DNA of 59,377 nt, filler included, from Dugesia japonica (lineage: Eukaryota): assembly GCA_001938525.1 (NCBI GenBank). It is 6 parts of 6 records of this genome, joined end to end, with 100 filler letters (N's around TTAATTAATTAA, not from the genome) between each part and the next. Parts side by side here need not be neighbours in the genome. Positions count along the whole stretch, not along the records: positions 19,764 to 29,772 come from MQRL01616891.1; positions 29,873 to 41,934 come from MQRL01593428.1; 4 more parts are not named here. The stretch is one strand, 5' to 3'. Positions 25,450 to 36,425 of this stretch are shown here, in pieces. Below the pieces are notes generated by a model, which had not been told where the DNA came from, made no database searches, and saw nothing but the letters and a program-made list of their open reading frames with translations. Each line of letters begins with the position of its first letter. Position 1 is the stretch's first letter. Both the position numbers and the translations under genes were made by a program.

Positions 25450-27765
25450 TCATACCTGTTGTGGTTGTGGATTCATGGGTTGCCACCCATGTTGTGGATA
25501 AGCATCATAATACATTTGTGCTGGTGCTGCTGTATTTTCGTTTCCTCCGAATTTTAACGCGTTTCTCAGTCGTTGCATTTTGCTGATTTTTTCGTATTGT
25601 TGTCTTTTATACTCCGCATTGTATTCCATGGCGGTTTTATAACTGGGTACATGTAGTGTTCCTCTGCTTTCTCCTCTATCTTCGTCGCTGCTGCTATTAC
25701 TTTCATCTTTGTTCTTAAATCTTTCTTTGAATTGGCTGAAATACGATATTTTCTGTTTAGCATTGCTCATTTCTTCACACAATAACCTAAGTTGCATTAT
25801 GACCTCCTTGTTCAATCCTCTTATTTGTCCTTTTTTCCATATAAATCGTTTTACCCTGTCAATGTCTTTGGAGTGGCTATTAAGCACCATGGTTTGGGCT
25901 GAGAATGGGAAGATACCGGTTACCATTTTCCAATTCACTTTTTTTTCTCTTTTATATATGTCAAAACATGCAAACAATTGAGTAATCACTACTCGTGTTA
26001 CTGAAATTATCAGCATCACTCCCAGTAATCCTGCCATTGCTTGGCCATATATTATGAATCTTCCCCCCATTTTCCGCATGACATTTTCAGTAGCTTTCTG
26101 GAAATGATCGACCGACAAGAGCGCATTGTAATTTACACGCCAGTCTATATTGGTTCCACTAGTTAATTACACTATATTTGATAGGATTTGCATCCTTCGG
26201 ACTGGAAACAGCATTTATTCCCTAGCCTTCTCTAGATCTTCCCTGCTATAGATTCCTCCTTTATTTATATCAATTGGGGTGAATTACATACCTCCATTTA
26301 ATTGTAACATTGAGAATTTCCGCGGTTTGACTCCCACTGCCATTCGTTGGGGAAATCTTATCCATGAACCATCTTTCATTATGTATTGTGATCCAAATAC
26401 ATTAGAGCAAATTTATGATATTTGGTCTATAACCCAAAGGGGATATTATTCGAGTAATTGGTTGTACGTAACGTTTCTCATTGTTATGTATGATTTCTAT
26501 TTCATTATAGCAAAGTTTTGGGTTAGATAAAAACTCTGCTTTGCATTTGTATAGGTACATTACTTCTCCTACGACTCGACCAAATTGACCTTTTTCCAGC
26601 TGAAGTAAGTGGGTGACACAATCTGGGTTCGTAACTGCCATTGCTAACTTTGTCTTTAGTATTTCCTTATTCAACGTACAGTCATTCTGGATCAGATCGT
26701 GGTACATTCGTCCGATGGTATCCTGCATTCGATGGAATAAATTGTCCATTTTATTATTGGCATTTAGATTTAGTTTGATATCTTGTGACATTACTGCTGC
26801 CTGCGCCGTTTTTATTCGATGTTTTGACACGAATATTCTTTTATAGTTCGTTTTATACACTATTTGTGCACATTTTGACATGGAATTTCCTTTGATTAAT
26901 CGGATGGTCTCATCCTAGCACCGTGGGGGTTGTATGCCATTGTTGGTAGTATGATTTTGGACCTGATCTTATCGTTTATTTAAAATTATTTATCCTATCT
27001 TTTAGATTACCCTCTTTTGGGGCTTGATCAATAGGTACTATAGCTCGTTGCCCTTGGTATTCATTGAACATAGCCTCTTTTAGATGCGCCAACTTGCAAT
27101 CCTTGTGATCTACTTTGTATGTCAATGTTGATGTAACTGTATTACATGATCCATCCGCTGCTTTGCAGTATGACCTTCCTTTCATGGTCACATCCTGAGC
27201 ATAAAAAAATGCTTCATATTCCTTGAGTTCTACGGTGTAGGTTTCGATTGCTACCGCATACTGCCATACTTTTCCTCGTATAGTGTATGTACCATATTCG
27301 CTGTTACCTTTGTGTGAGGATATACTTCCTGCTGCTTCTATTGGCTGGTCGACTATATATCCCTTTTTGGCGATAACTTGAGTCCCGTGTTTGATGGTAA
27401 TTTTACCTGTCGTAAATCTTTCGTCGCATTGTTGTCCCATTAGATGTACAGGATGTCTCACTGTTCCTGGATCAATTATCGAGGTATAACTGTGATAACC
27501 ACAATGAAATATAAATGTCTTTACCGTTACTGTACATTCACGTACTTGGGCCTTATAATAATCCGACTCCTGGTACAAGTGGTAAATAGAATTATTACGG
27601 GAGTGAGATTTTCTCCGGGTTCGCGTCTGGACATTCTTCAGTATCCACTAAGGAGAATACTTCTTTTCCTACTTGCATCTCATCGCAGTCATATGTCAAT
27701 ATGGCTTCACTTCTGCCCATCATTAAGAATAGTAAGAGTATTGTAGTTTTTAATGCTTGCCATGA
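25450..27765 (-). pseudogene. Chuvirus-type (class III) envelope fusion glycoprotein with signal peptide, TM anchor and long cytoplasmic tail
   Basis: Signal peptide QALKTTILLLFLMMGRSEA then ILTYDC...FSLVDTEEC; VRECTVTVKTFIFHCGYHS; MYHDLIQNDCTLNKEILKTKLAMAVTNPD; GEVMYLYKC; CYNEIEI..N.KRYVQPITRII; GIYSREDLEKARE*MLFP; TM FIIYGQAMAGLLGVMLIISV. Several frameshifts and stops. Confidence 0.85.
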
Positions 27766-27830
27766 ATTTCGGCGAGGCCCACGTGCCCATCCATTCTCGA
27801 TCTCATTTAACTGATCCCGAATAATCCTGA

Positions 27831-28925
27831 TTACTGATTTTCATAAGAAGGCTGAGGCTTAGGGCATATGGCCTCAATAAACTTTTTCCATCCCCCATGC
27901 TGCTTTATCAATGGCACTATTTTGCTCTGCATTAGATCCACTATCGGTAATTTACTGAGGATGAAGTTTTTTGACGGCTTGCTTCTAGCAATTGATAGAT
28001 GTGTTTGTTTAATCAAATGGGCTATGGATACTGCTATCCTCCCTTTCGTTGGCTGATCCTGTAACAATTCATCCCTTACCCCTTCCAGGTTATCCCTTGT
28101 GCCATGGCTAGTACCTTTAGTGGCAGGAAATTTCCTAATGGCTGCTTCTATTTCTTTTGCTAGTGGTCTGAGACNNNNNGATAGTTGAAATTTCCCAATC
28201 CATATTTTTAGTTCTGGATATAACATTAGCAATAACTGCCGTATTACCACTTCGGTTGGCATATCATCATCCGTTGAATTTTCGTGGTATTTCTCTTGTG
28301 ATACCGTTGCTAATCGCTTATTTTGATGGTTTATGGATGTTGCTAATCGTCTCTGTTTTAATGCTTCTTCTTCTTCCGGATTTCCTGGGGGTTTTGTTCT
28401 TGGTCGGCCTCTATTACGAGGTTCAGTAACTGTTTCTGCATCCACTGTGGTGCTTACTGGTTTTGGGGGCACTTCTTCCTCTTCTGTCTCTATAGGATTT
28501 TCCATTTCTAAGGGGTGGTTTGTATCCATTAAATCGTCTATGACTGAAGATGGCAATTCTTTTGCTATTCTACTCAATATTGGTGATAATGGTTGTTCCT
28601 CTAATACATCTTCTTCGTCTAAGTCTACCTTGCTAGGATCATATTTCTTGCTTCGGGTGGGCTCTTTAGCTTTCATTTCCTCGCTTTTTCTAGTTGGAGG
28701 TGAGTATCTTGTGATTTGTAATTCATTCTTATCTTCTGTTAACTCGTCTGCTGATGGAGATCCGAATATTTTACGTTCCCAATCTTGGCTTGTTTTAGGA
28801 GTTTCTTTTGTTTCTCGGGAAGCTTCTGTACTTTCTGATTGATCGGTTGTAGGTCTTAATATTTGGCTAGCCGCTAATTGTGTACGGTTTTTATATGCTT
28901 TTAACATACCTGAGGTCTCTCCCAT
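27831..28925 (-). CDS. Acidic low-complexity region with AT-hook, followed by a Bcl-2-like domain
   Basis: AT-hook RNRGRPR (~28397-28418); BH3-like LRPLAKEIE; BH1-like VRDELLQDQPTKGRIAV; BH2-like LIKQHGGWKKFIE. Confidence 0.78.
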   Translation of the reverse strand: MGETSGMLKAYKNRTQLAASQILRPTTDQSESTEASRETKETPKTSQDWERKIFGSPSADELTEDKNELQITRYSPPTRKSEEMKAKEPTRSKKYDPSKVDLDEEDVLEEQPLSPILSRIAKELPSSVIDDLMDTNHPLEMENPIETEEEEVPPKPVSTTVDAETVTEPRNRGRPRTKPPGNPEEEEALKQRRLATSINHQNKRLATVSQEKYHENSTDDDMPTEVVIRQLLLMLYPELKIWIGKFQLXXXLRPLAKEIEAAIRKFPATKGTSHGTRDNLEGVRDELLQDQPTKGRIAVSIAHLIKQTHLSIARSKPSKNFILSKLPIVDLMQSKIVPLIKQHGGWKKFIEAICPKPQPSYENQ

Positions 28926-28982
28926 TATTGGTCTTGTTTTGTCTGCTGCCTTATAAGGGCCTGCGTCTTTTCGAGTGAGGGT

Positions 28983-29197
28983 ACCTCCTAATTCTGCTAA
29001 AATCCATGGCGTATTAGGTTTAACTAAATCTATTTCATTAGTCCAATTGGGGTGGTATCTTCCACTATTTCATCTTCGTTCAAAAGTTTGTATGGTGGCT
29101 TAAATGGTAGCTTTTCTCGCAGGTGCTTTATTGTATTATATACTAGTATCTTAATCGTGATTTTGTCTCCCTCTGGATCGATTATTCTGAATTTGAC
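28983..29197 (-). pseudogene. Ubiquitin/SUMO-like domain ending in di-glycine
   Basis: VKFRIIDPEGDKITIKILVYNTIKHLREKL...YKLLNEDEIVEDTTPIGL(frameshift ~29040)NEIDLVKPNTPWILAELGG; the GG-bearing frame continues into ORF 27831-28925. Confidence 0.6.
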
Positions 29198-29637
29198 TTC
29201 TAATGGGGTGGTCTGTCCCATCTCCGCTTTTTGCCATTTAACCAGAATTTTATTAAACTGAATATGATCCCATACATGGCATACTTTGATGGCCAGGATT
29301 AACCGTCGCAACTTTCTGAGATCTTCTACTGCCAGATCTTGTTGTAAGACTATATTGCATCGTCATATGATTTCCGGATTTATTAACTTATCGCCTACTA
29401 ACAATTCGAATAATTTTAGCAAATTGTCTTCCGGCTTCTCACCTTTGATTGGGTTGTTAGTCAGAGCTACTACCATCTCTACTCGTTGTTTACTTTGTTC
29501 TTGTTTCGGGAGTTTGGCTCTGGCGAATACTAGTGGGTGTATCTCTTCTATGTAATATTCCACTACTTCTCTAGCTTCCTGCTTCCATTTCTCCTCCGAC
29601 ACCCGTAGTCGTCGTCTCTCCTCATCCTTTGCTGTTA

Positions 29638-29772
29638 TGTTGGGGTGAAACACCGGATTAAGGCAAATATTATGGCGTAGGTAAACACGAAATTTAAAAA
29701 ATCTACATAAAAAAAGAAAATGAAGAATTCGGATCCAAGAAGGGCATAGTCAAGTTAGAGAGAAGAATTACG
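29638..29772. mobile_element. LTR-like terminus TGTTGGGGTGAAACACC interrupting the polyprotein (nested insertion)
   Basis: The same 17-nt terminus occurs at 41471; coding potential stops abruptly at this point. Confidence 0.65.
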
Positions 29773-29872
29773 NNNNNNNNNNNNNNNNNNNNNNNNNNNN
29801 NNNNNNNNNNNNNNNNTTAATTAATTAANNNNNNNNNNNNNNNNNNNNNNNNNNNNNNNNNNNNNNNNNNNN
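29773..29872. other. Artificial scaffold-joining spacer
   Basis: 44N-TTAATTAATTAA-44N. Confidence 0.97.
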
Positions 29873-30534
29873 TGATCTTCTATGTTCAGTACTCTCTCTA
29901 AAATTATATCGGGATCCTTGATTATCTATGATTGTTTATTTGGTTGATTCGCAGATTGATTGGTTTATCTTGATTTATTTGATATTTGGAATATTGATTG
30001 TTTTGATTTCTGAAATTAAATAATATGGCCCTACGGCTTCTGCAAGCATTCAAATATTATTATCGCATTCATTAATTGACTACTTTTATCTACTTTTATC
30101 AACCGATTGATACCTCTATTGATTGATAATATCTACCAATTACTACACTATGATACATTACCATACTTTATTTCTATTACTTTAGCATCGCATTTACTTC
30201 ATTTGCTTTTATCACTCAATTGTTTATTATACATAAGCAGCAATTTTATTTATTTATGTCAACTGAAATACCATTTTCAATATTTTGCTGTTTTGAAAAA
30301 GTTCATCTCAGATTATTAATTCCTATTATAAATCGTATAATTTAACAGCTTAAAATGCTCTTGGACTCAAGTTCCACGAAATCATTAACCCTCAAATAGT
30401 GTAGATTTTCTGGATGTGTTTTTGACACATTACTCCAACAGACTCCATTAATTCATTTCGTATTTCATTACATTTGGTTCCTCCGTTGAGCTCATGACTC
30501 CTTTACTCATTAATAAATTTTATTCATTTCTCAT

Positions 30535-30960
30535 GGAACATTTCCGCCTGCTCCTGACAAACTTTCATCGATGAAAGCTCTTTAATTTACTGAAAGCCTC
30601 AAATATCTCACCATATAATTGATTAACTCATTGTTTTTACTTTTACTCGACATTTCGCATTATAATATTTCCGCCTAATCCCGACAATTTGTCTTTCGGA
30701 CAAATTTCACAATTAATCAATACTCACTTTATCTCCATTTCATTTCCCCTAATAGAACAATCCAGCCTGTTCCTGGCAATTCATCTTCCGAATTAACTTT
30801 TATAACTAATTGACGATCAATTTATTTCGACTTCATATCTTACGTTGGGACAATCTCACCTGTTCCTGGCAGTTTATCCTCCGGATAAACTTTTACTATT
30901 AATCAACAATCACTTTATTTTATTTCCCTTTTACGTTGAAACAATTCCGCCTGTTTATAC
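30535..30960. repeat. Degenerate ~90-125-bp tandem units with core CCGCCTGTTCCTG(A/G)CAA
   Basis: Cores at ~30544, 30671, 30762, 30856 and 30947. Confidence 0.7.
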
Positions 30961-32273
30961 CCCTGATTATTTTTTCACAACTAATCAATGAATAAATTAT
31001 CTCCACTTTGCATTGTTCATTTGTAGGACTATTTACTCAATTTCGACACTGTTCCTTTTTCCTTTAAATTATTTAAATTACTAATTTGTCGGCTATACCT
31101 TTCCCTTCACCACTTTACATTAGTACTCCTGAATTATCAACAATGGAACTCTTGCGCTGGTTCCTGGTGAATTCCCTTGTGACATGTTTTGTAAGTTCAA
31201 AGCTCCTCCTCCATAATAATTATCAATAAAATTCTCCTCAACTAATACGATTTAACTATACCTTCGGATAATTTTATTATTTCTTTCGATTTAACTATAC
31301 ACTTGGATAGTTTTATCATTTCCGACCAGGTTTTCCTTAGTTCTCTTCTCGGTGGCCAACCGACAAAGTATCCGGAACGAATTAGTGGTAATTAACTCAC
31401 TACTCCAATATTTGCTTCAATAAATTTGATTAAATTTCGTTATCATCTCTCCTTCAAATAAATTTCAACCTTTTTCTTGCTAGTATATTTGCTTTGAACA
31501 CTCTCTCTATGTAGCCGGTAGTCCATTTCAGCTCCAGATGGGCGACAATTTCGATCCTCAATTAACAATAATACTTTAATATCTCAATACTTGAGTTAGT
31601 TGACAGTCTATTTCAAATTCAGCTCTAACCAGGATGTTTTACCCTCAATCTAAAAGTCTGTATAGCTACGGGTAGTTAGCTGTAATGAGTGAGTGTCAAG
31701 GCGCACTCACGCCAACCGAACGCCATAAGTGGTCAGCTTAATAGATGCGATGCTCCCTCGTTTATTCCCCTGGAATTCCTGAGTTGATCTCGCTTGGACT
31801 AAACTCCATTCTCCCGGCGTAGAAGTCAGACAAAGTATCCAACTTCCGAGATCGTTACTCCTTATCCGAAGCGTCGAAGTCCGTTCCAGCATATCCACGG
31901 AAGATTTTCTACTCCACCAATACTTCGAAGATTTCTGTCCCTAGGTCAATAACAATTTCAATCATTTCAGTCATTAGACGATCATTGCAGCTGTCCCTTC
32001 AAAGCTGAACAGGCTTCTAGTTCTAGCTTCCTTATCGCGGACCCTATTTTCCAAAATGACATCCACCATTACGACATCGTTTCCTTGGGTTCTTTCACAT
32101 ATCTATGGTTACGCTAGAAATTTTCTTTCTTCTGATTACTATGATAAAACTCTCCCACAAAATTAGATCTAAATTCAAAATTAATTAACTCATATGAAAC
32201 TCTCTTTTCAAACACGATTGTCATCAATTACTTCCAAACATGTACTTATTATTTTCTCCAATATTATCCTCAT

Positions 32274-32620
32274 TGTTAGTTTTATTAGTTTTTTTCTTCA
32301 TTTAAATCAACTAAAACAAGACTTTTAATTCAATACTTTATTTCAATTACAATTAATTCTTCTTTGAAATTCTTCTTTTTTTTTGAATGTTTCTTTCAAA
32401 ATTTGCTTTTCCCAATTTATATTTTTAAATAATAATACATATAAACAAATTTATTATATTGACTAAAAATATATTTTACAAATATTTCGAATTTATATTT
32501 TAAAAATTTCAACGAATTAATATTAATTTTCAAATTTCATTAAAAAATTTAAACTAATAAATAAAAACCTTATTGAATTAAATTTTAAAAATATTTACAA
32601 ATTTTTAAAATGAGCTAACA
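32274..32620. mobile_element. Solo LTR, TGTTAG...CTAACA, perfect 5-bp TSD CTCAT
   Basis: TG...CA ends with a 6-bp terminal inverted repeat; CTCAT at 32269-32273 and 32621-32625; close homolog at 54406-54767. Confidence 0.88.
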
Positions 32621-32895
32621 CTCATTATTTTATTATTGTTTTATATGGCTCCGTAACCATAGAACCCAATTGTTACACCTCGTCCCCATCTCCGTTCATT
32701 TGTCTATCGAATTCTTGGTTACCACTCACCTGGCTGGCCTCCCTTTGTTGACTGTCCGATACCCATCCTGCACTTCTTGATCAGGTATAGCAATTTCTTC
32801 TCCAAATAAATTTCATTGATTAATCCCATTTTATTATTTCATCTCATTTGTTGCCTCTACTTCTCTATAAATTTATTAGTCTCTTGTTAGTATCA

Positions 32896-33400
32896 TGTTG
32901 GACTGAAACAGGCCAGTTGCTGAAACTTATGTTTGAAATAAAAAATGAACTAGCAAGTAGAAATGAGGAAATATAGAAAATGGGAGTAGTAAAAGAGATG
33001 ATAAAGAATAAAATACAGAAACAACTGCATTAAAATGATAAACTAAATNGAAATTGAATTAAATTAACAAGAAACAGAAGTAAATAAGAATAATAATTAG
33101 AATAAAGGGAAGTAATAATCAGTGCTCTGAAAGATAAAGAAGCATTAAAAGTGCTCAGGAAGAGAACGAATCCGATAGAAAGTTCAAATAAGAAATCCGA
33201 TAATAAAAGAAAGTCCTTTAATATAATATAGCTTACGATAAAAAAAACTAATTCAAATTAAATGCAAAATTATGCCAGGAAAGGATAAAATGAAGCAATA
33301 ATAGGAAGAAAATCGAAATCCGAAGCGGGATATGTTGCATATTATTATTTATAAATATATACATAATATAAAAGTATAATTATAATAAAAACATGAGTGG
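32896..33400. mobile_element. LTR-like terminus TGTTGGACTGAAACAGG followed by a purine-rich tract
   Basis: Resembles the termini at 29638, 41471, 41818 and 55554 (reverse); extent approximate. Confidence 0.5.
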
Positions 33401-34809
33401 AATATAATAAAATGATAAATATCATAAAGTAAGATTAAAGCAAAAGTAATTTATAGAAAAAGATTTTATTAAAGTCGAACGAGTCTACACAAAAATGGTT
33501 AAAAATTAAATTAGTAGTATTAATATAATAAGAACTGTATTAAAAGTATTGTAATGTCGATATAAACATGTATATTATTATAATAAAAGTATTTGAATTA
33601 TTAAAAATAATATTATTATTATTTTAGTTAAATATTATTATTTTAGAAGATGAAAACGGAATTTAGAAATCAGGCGTAAATTTAATGAAACATAATAGAA
33701 AATCAAATTAATATTTCAAACGAATATTGAATTAATTGTATTTATTCGCAAGGAAATCTCCATTTATATTATCGTGGCAAATTATCTAAGATTTATTATT
33801 ATAAGATAAATATTATTAAAATTATTATTATTGTATAAATATTATTATTTATCTGGAAAGAAATGGAATATTTAAATAAAAAATAGATGTCAAGAAAGGT
33901 AATAAAAAGATATATAATAATTAAAGATTAATATTAAATTATTTATATTTGCTTATGTTAATATTTATATTTATATCTGGACAACATGAAACCAGAAAAT
34001 TATTATTATTCTTAATAAAAATTATTATTATTTTATTTGAATTCGTGCCGGTCCGATGATCATAGATTTCATCGGCACCTTTGCACGTTAAAACAGGAAT
34101 TATCTATAAATTATATGTGACGGGTGAGCACCGCATATTGTGTTTTGAAGAAAATTTATATGCATCGGGTGAGCTCCGTGCATTGTTCAAAATAAGCTGT
34201 GTCGAGTAGGCACCGCATAGCAATCTGTTACAGCATATGAAGCCGAGTGAGCACCGGCGTTCATATGTAAAAAAATGATTTATACACAAAATGCGAGAAA
34301 GCAGATGAAAAATTATACATGTCTAAATTAAGGCATCGTAGAAGAATCAGCGAGTGAGCACCGCTCGNNNNNNNNNNNNNNNNNNNNNNNNNNNNNNNNN
34401 NNNNNNNNNNNNNNNNNAGAAAGCAGATGAAAAATTATACATGTCTAAATTAAGGCATCGTAGAAGAATCAGCGAGTGAGCACCGCTCGATAGCTGTCAA
34501 AATTTGACATAAAAAATAATTTAAAAGGAAACGCGAAAATCACAAAAAAATAATTTGGAAATCATAATTATCATCACGTAAAAATTATACTTGTTAATTT
34601 ATCGCTCAAAATTACAAGTGTACCATTCTTATCTTCAAGCAACAGACTACGAAGTAAATTTTATTTGTTATTTTAAATATGATCGGAAGACTGGGACGGT
34701 GTTCCTCGTTGACTGGCCACGCCGGCAACGATGGACATCTGTGCTCAGAGATCCGAGGTTAAATCTTGCATGAGATCATCCACCATTAAATGATTAAATT
34801 AGAATGAAA

Positions 34810-35515
34810 ATTATATGATGATGATTATGAAAGTGAACAATAATTACGAGAAGTTTATGANNNNNNNNNNNNNNNNNNNNNNNNNNNNNNNNNNNNNNNN
34901 NNNNNNNNNNNNNNNNNNNNNNNNNNNNNNNNNNNNNNNNNNNNNNNNNNNNNNNNNNNNNNNNNNNNNNNNNNNNNNNNNNNNNNNNNNNNNNNNNNNN
35001 NNNNNNNNNNNNNNNNNNNNNNNNNNNNNNNNNNNNNNNNNNNNNNNNNGATGATGATTATGAACGTGAACAATAATTATGAGAATTATATAATGATTAT
35101 GAAAGTGAACAATGATTATGAGAAGTGAATAATTATGATCAGAATTATATGCGGGTGATTATGAGAGGTGATCTATAATTATGAGATAGATATGCAAATG
35201 ATACTGAAAAGGAAAACGTTGTTTGTCATCAAGGGATGTCAAAGTGTATGAAAGACGATTATNNNNNNNNNNNNNNNNNNNNNNNNNNNNNNNNNNNNNN
35301 NNNNNNNNNNNNTGAAAGTGAACAATAATTACGAGAAGTTTATGATGATGATTATGAAAGTGAACAATAATTATGAGAAATGATGAGGATTCTGAGAAGA
35401 ACTATATGATGATGACTATGAGAAGCGAACAATTATTATTAGAATTAGATGATGATGATTATGAACGTGAACAATAATTATGAGAATTATATAATGATTA
35501 TGAAAGTGAACAATG
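34810..35515. repeat. ~42-bp minisatellite (ATGATGATTATGAAAGTGAACAATAATTATGAGAA...)
   Basis: Repeated units on both sides of several N gaps. Confidence 0.9.
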
Positions 35516-36425
35516 NNNNNNNNNNNNNNNNNNNNNNNNNNNNNNNNNNNNNNNNNNNNNNNNNNNNNNNNNNNNNNNNNNNNNNNNNNNNNNNNNNNNN
35601 NNNNNNNNNNNNNNNNNNNNNNNNNACGATTATTGTCAGGAGATAGAGTATTCATGAGTTAACAATGGGCATGAAAGTAGAAAGCGATTATGAGTTGATG
35701 GACGAGAAATGTGAGGGTGTGTGTTGTTGATAAAATGTAAAAGAAGAGACATCATTGATGGTTAGGGAAATACCATGGCTTATAGATATGTTGAGAAAGT
35801 TGTAGTTGATGGTGTGGAAGAGTGATTAATGAATAATAAAATGATTAGTGAACATGAATTGAACTGGGAAATAAAGTGATAATATGTTGATATAATTAGA
35901 TGAATATACTTATGAACAATGATAGGTTTAAACGAATCTACGATTAAAAATCGGTGTGGTGATTGAGTCCTAAGCTTTTAAATTCTATTTAGTAATTTTC
36001 GATAAATCGTTGTACATTATTATGTGTTGTATCTGTGATGAAAATATTACATTCATATTTAAATACCTANNNNNNNNNNNAGTCTCATTTATTGTAGACA
36101 TATTTTTCTATACATAAATCATTATAAAATACAATTAATATAGAATTTAGCAGATAAAGCAGGAGGACCATTCGTGATGATGAAGGAGATGGGTTTTTAG
36201 ATGATGACAGATAAATACTCACTATGAACACGGCTATTGATTAATAGATTTATGAATTGTATATGCAAAGTTTACGAAGAAGATCCAACTCCTTCTACTC
36301 ATGACGGATGATTAATGATCTGCGAGTAACCTTGTGTATTTTATTTAAATTATCTTAAACCATAATAATAAAATTTTATAATTATTAAATGTATGATAAT
36401 CTGGTAATGCTGTGATGAATTGTAG

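Larger units (their letters stand above)
19764..29637 (-). mobile_element. Large decayed Ty3/Gypsy (Metaviridae) retroelement with chuvirus-type env and Bcl-2, IAP and Ubl accessory domains; LTRs not in the scaffold
   Basis: All ORFs on the minus strand over ~10 kb, with similar composition and similar decay; PR-RT-RNase H of Gypsy type; domains listed individually below. Confidence 0.88.

Noticed and set aside
28333-28842. 169-aa plus-strand ORF and other antisense ORFs over the retroelement
   Set aside because: Ser/Phe-rich shadow frames of the minus-strand coding sequence with no motifs.
29312-29637. Possible death-effector-domain resemblance (LLKLFELLVGDKLINPE) upstream of the Ubl
   Set aside because: Only a short helical pattern with no RxDL motif; not supportable without a profile search.
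19764-29637. Alternative genetic code to explain in-frame TGA stops
   Set aside because: TAA and TAG stops and frameshifts are equally present, and host genes read normally in the standard code. The pattern fits neutral decay.
34120-34370. CRISPR-like repeat-spacer pattern
   Set aside because: Repeats are ~12 nt and degenerate, the context is eukaryotic, and there are no cas genes.
34298-34489. ~70-bp direct repeat on either side of an N gap
   Set aside because: Near-identical sequence on both gap edges is typical of an unmerged contig overlap.
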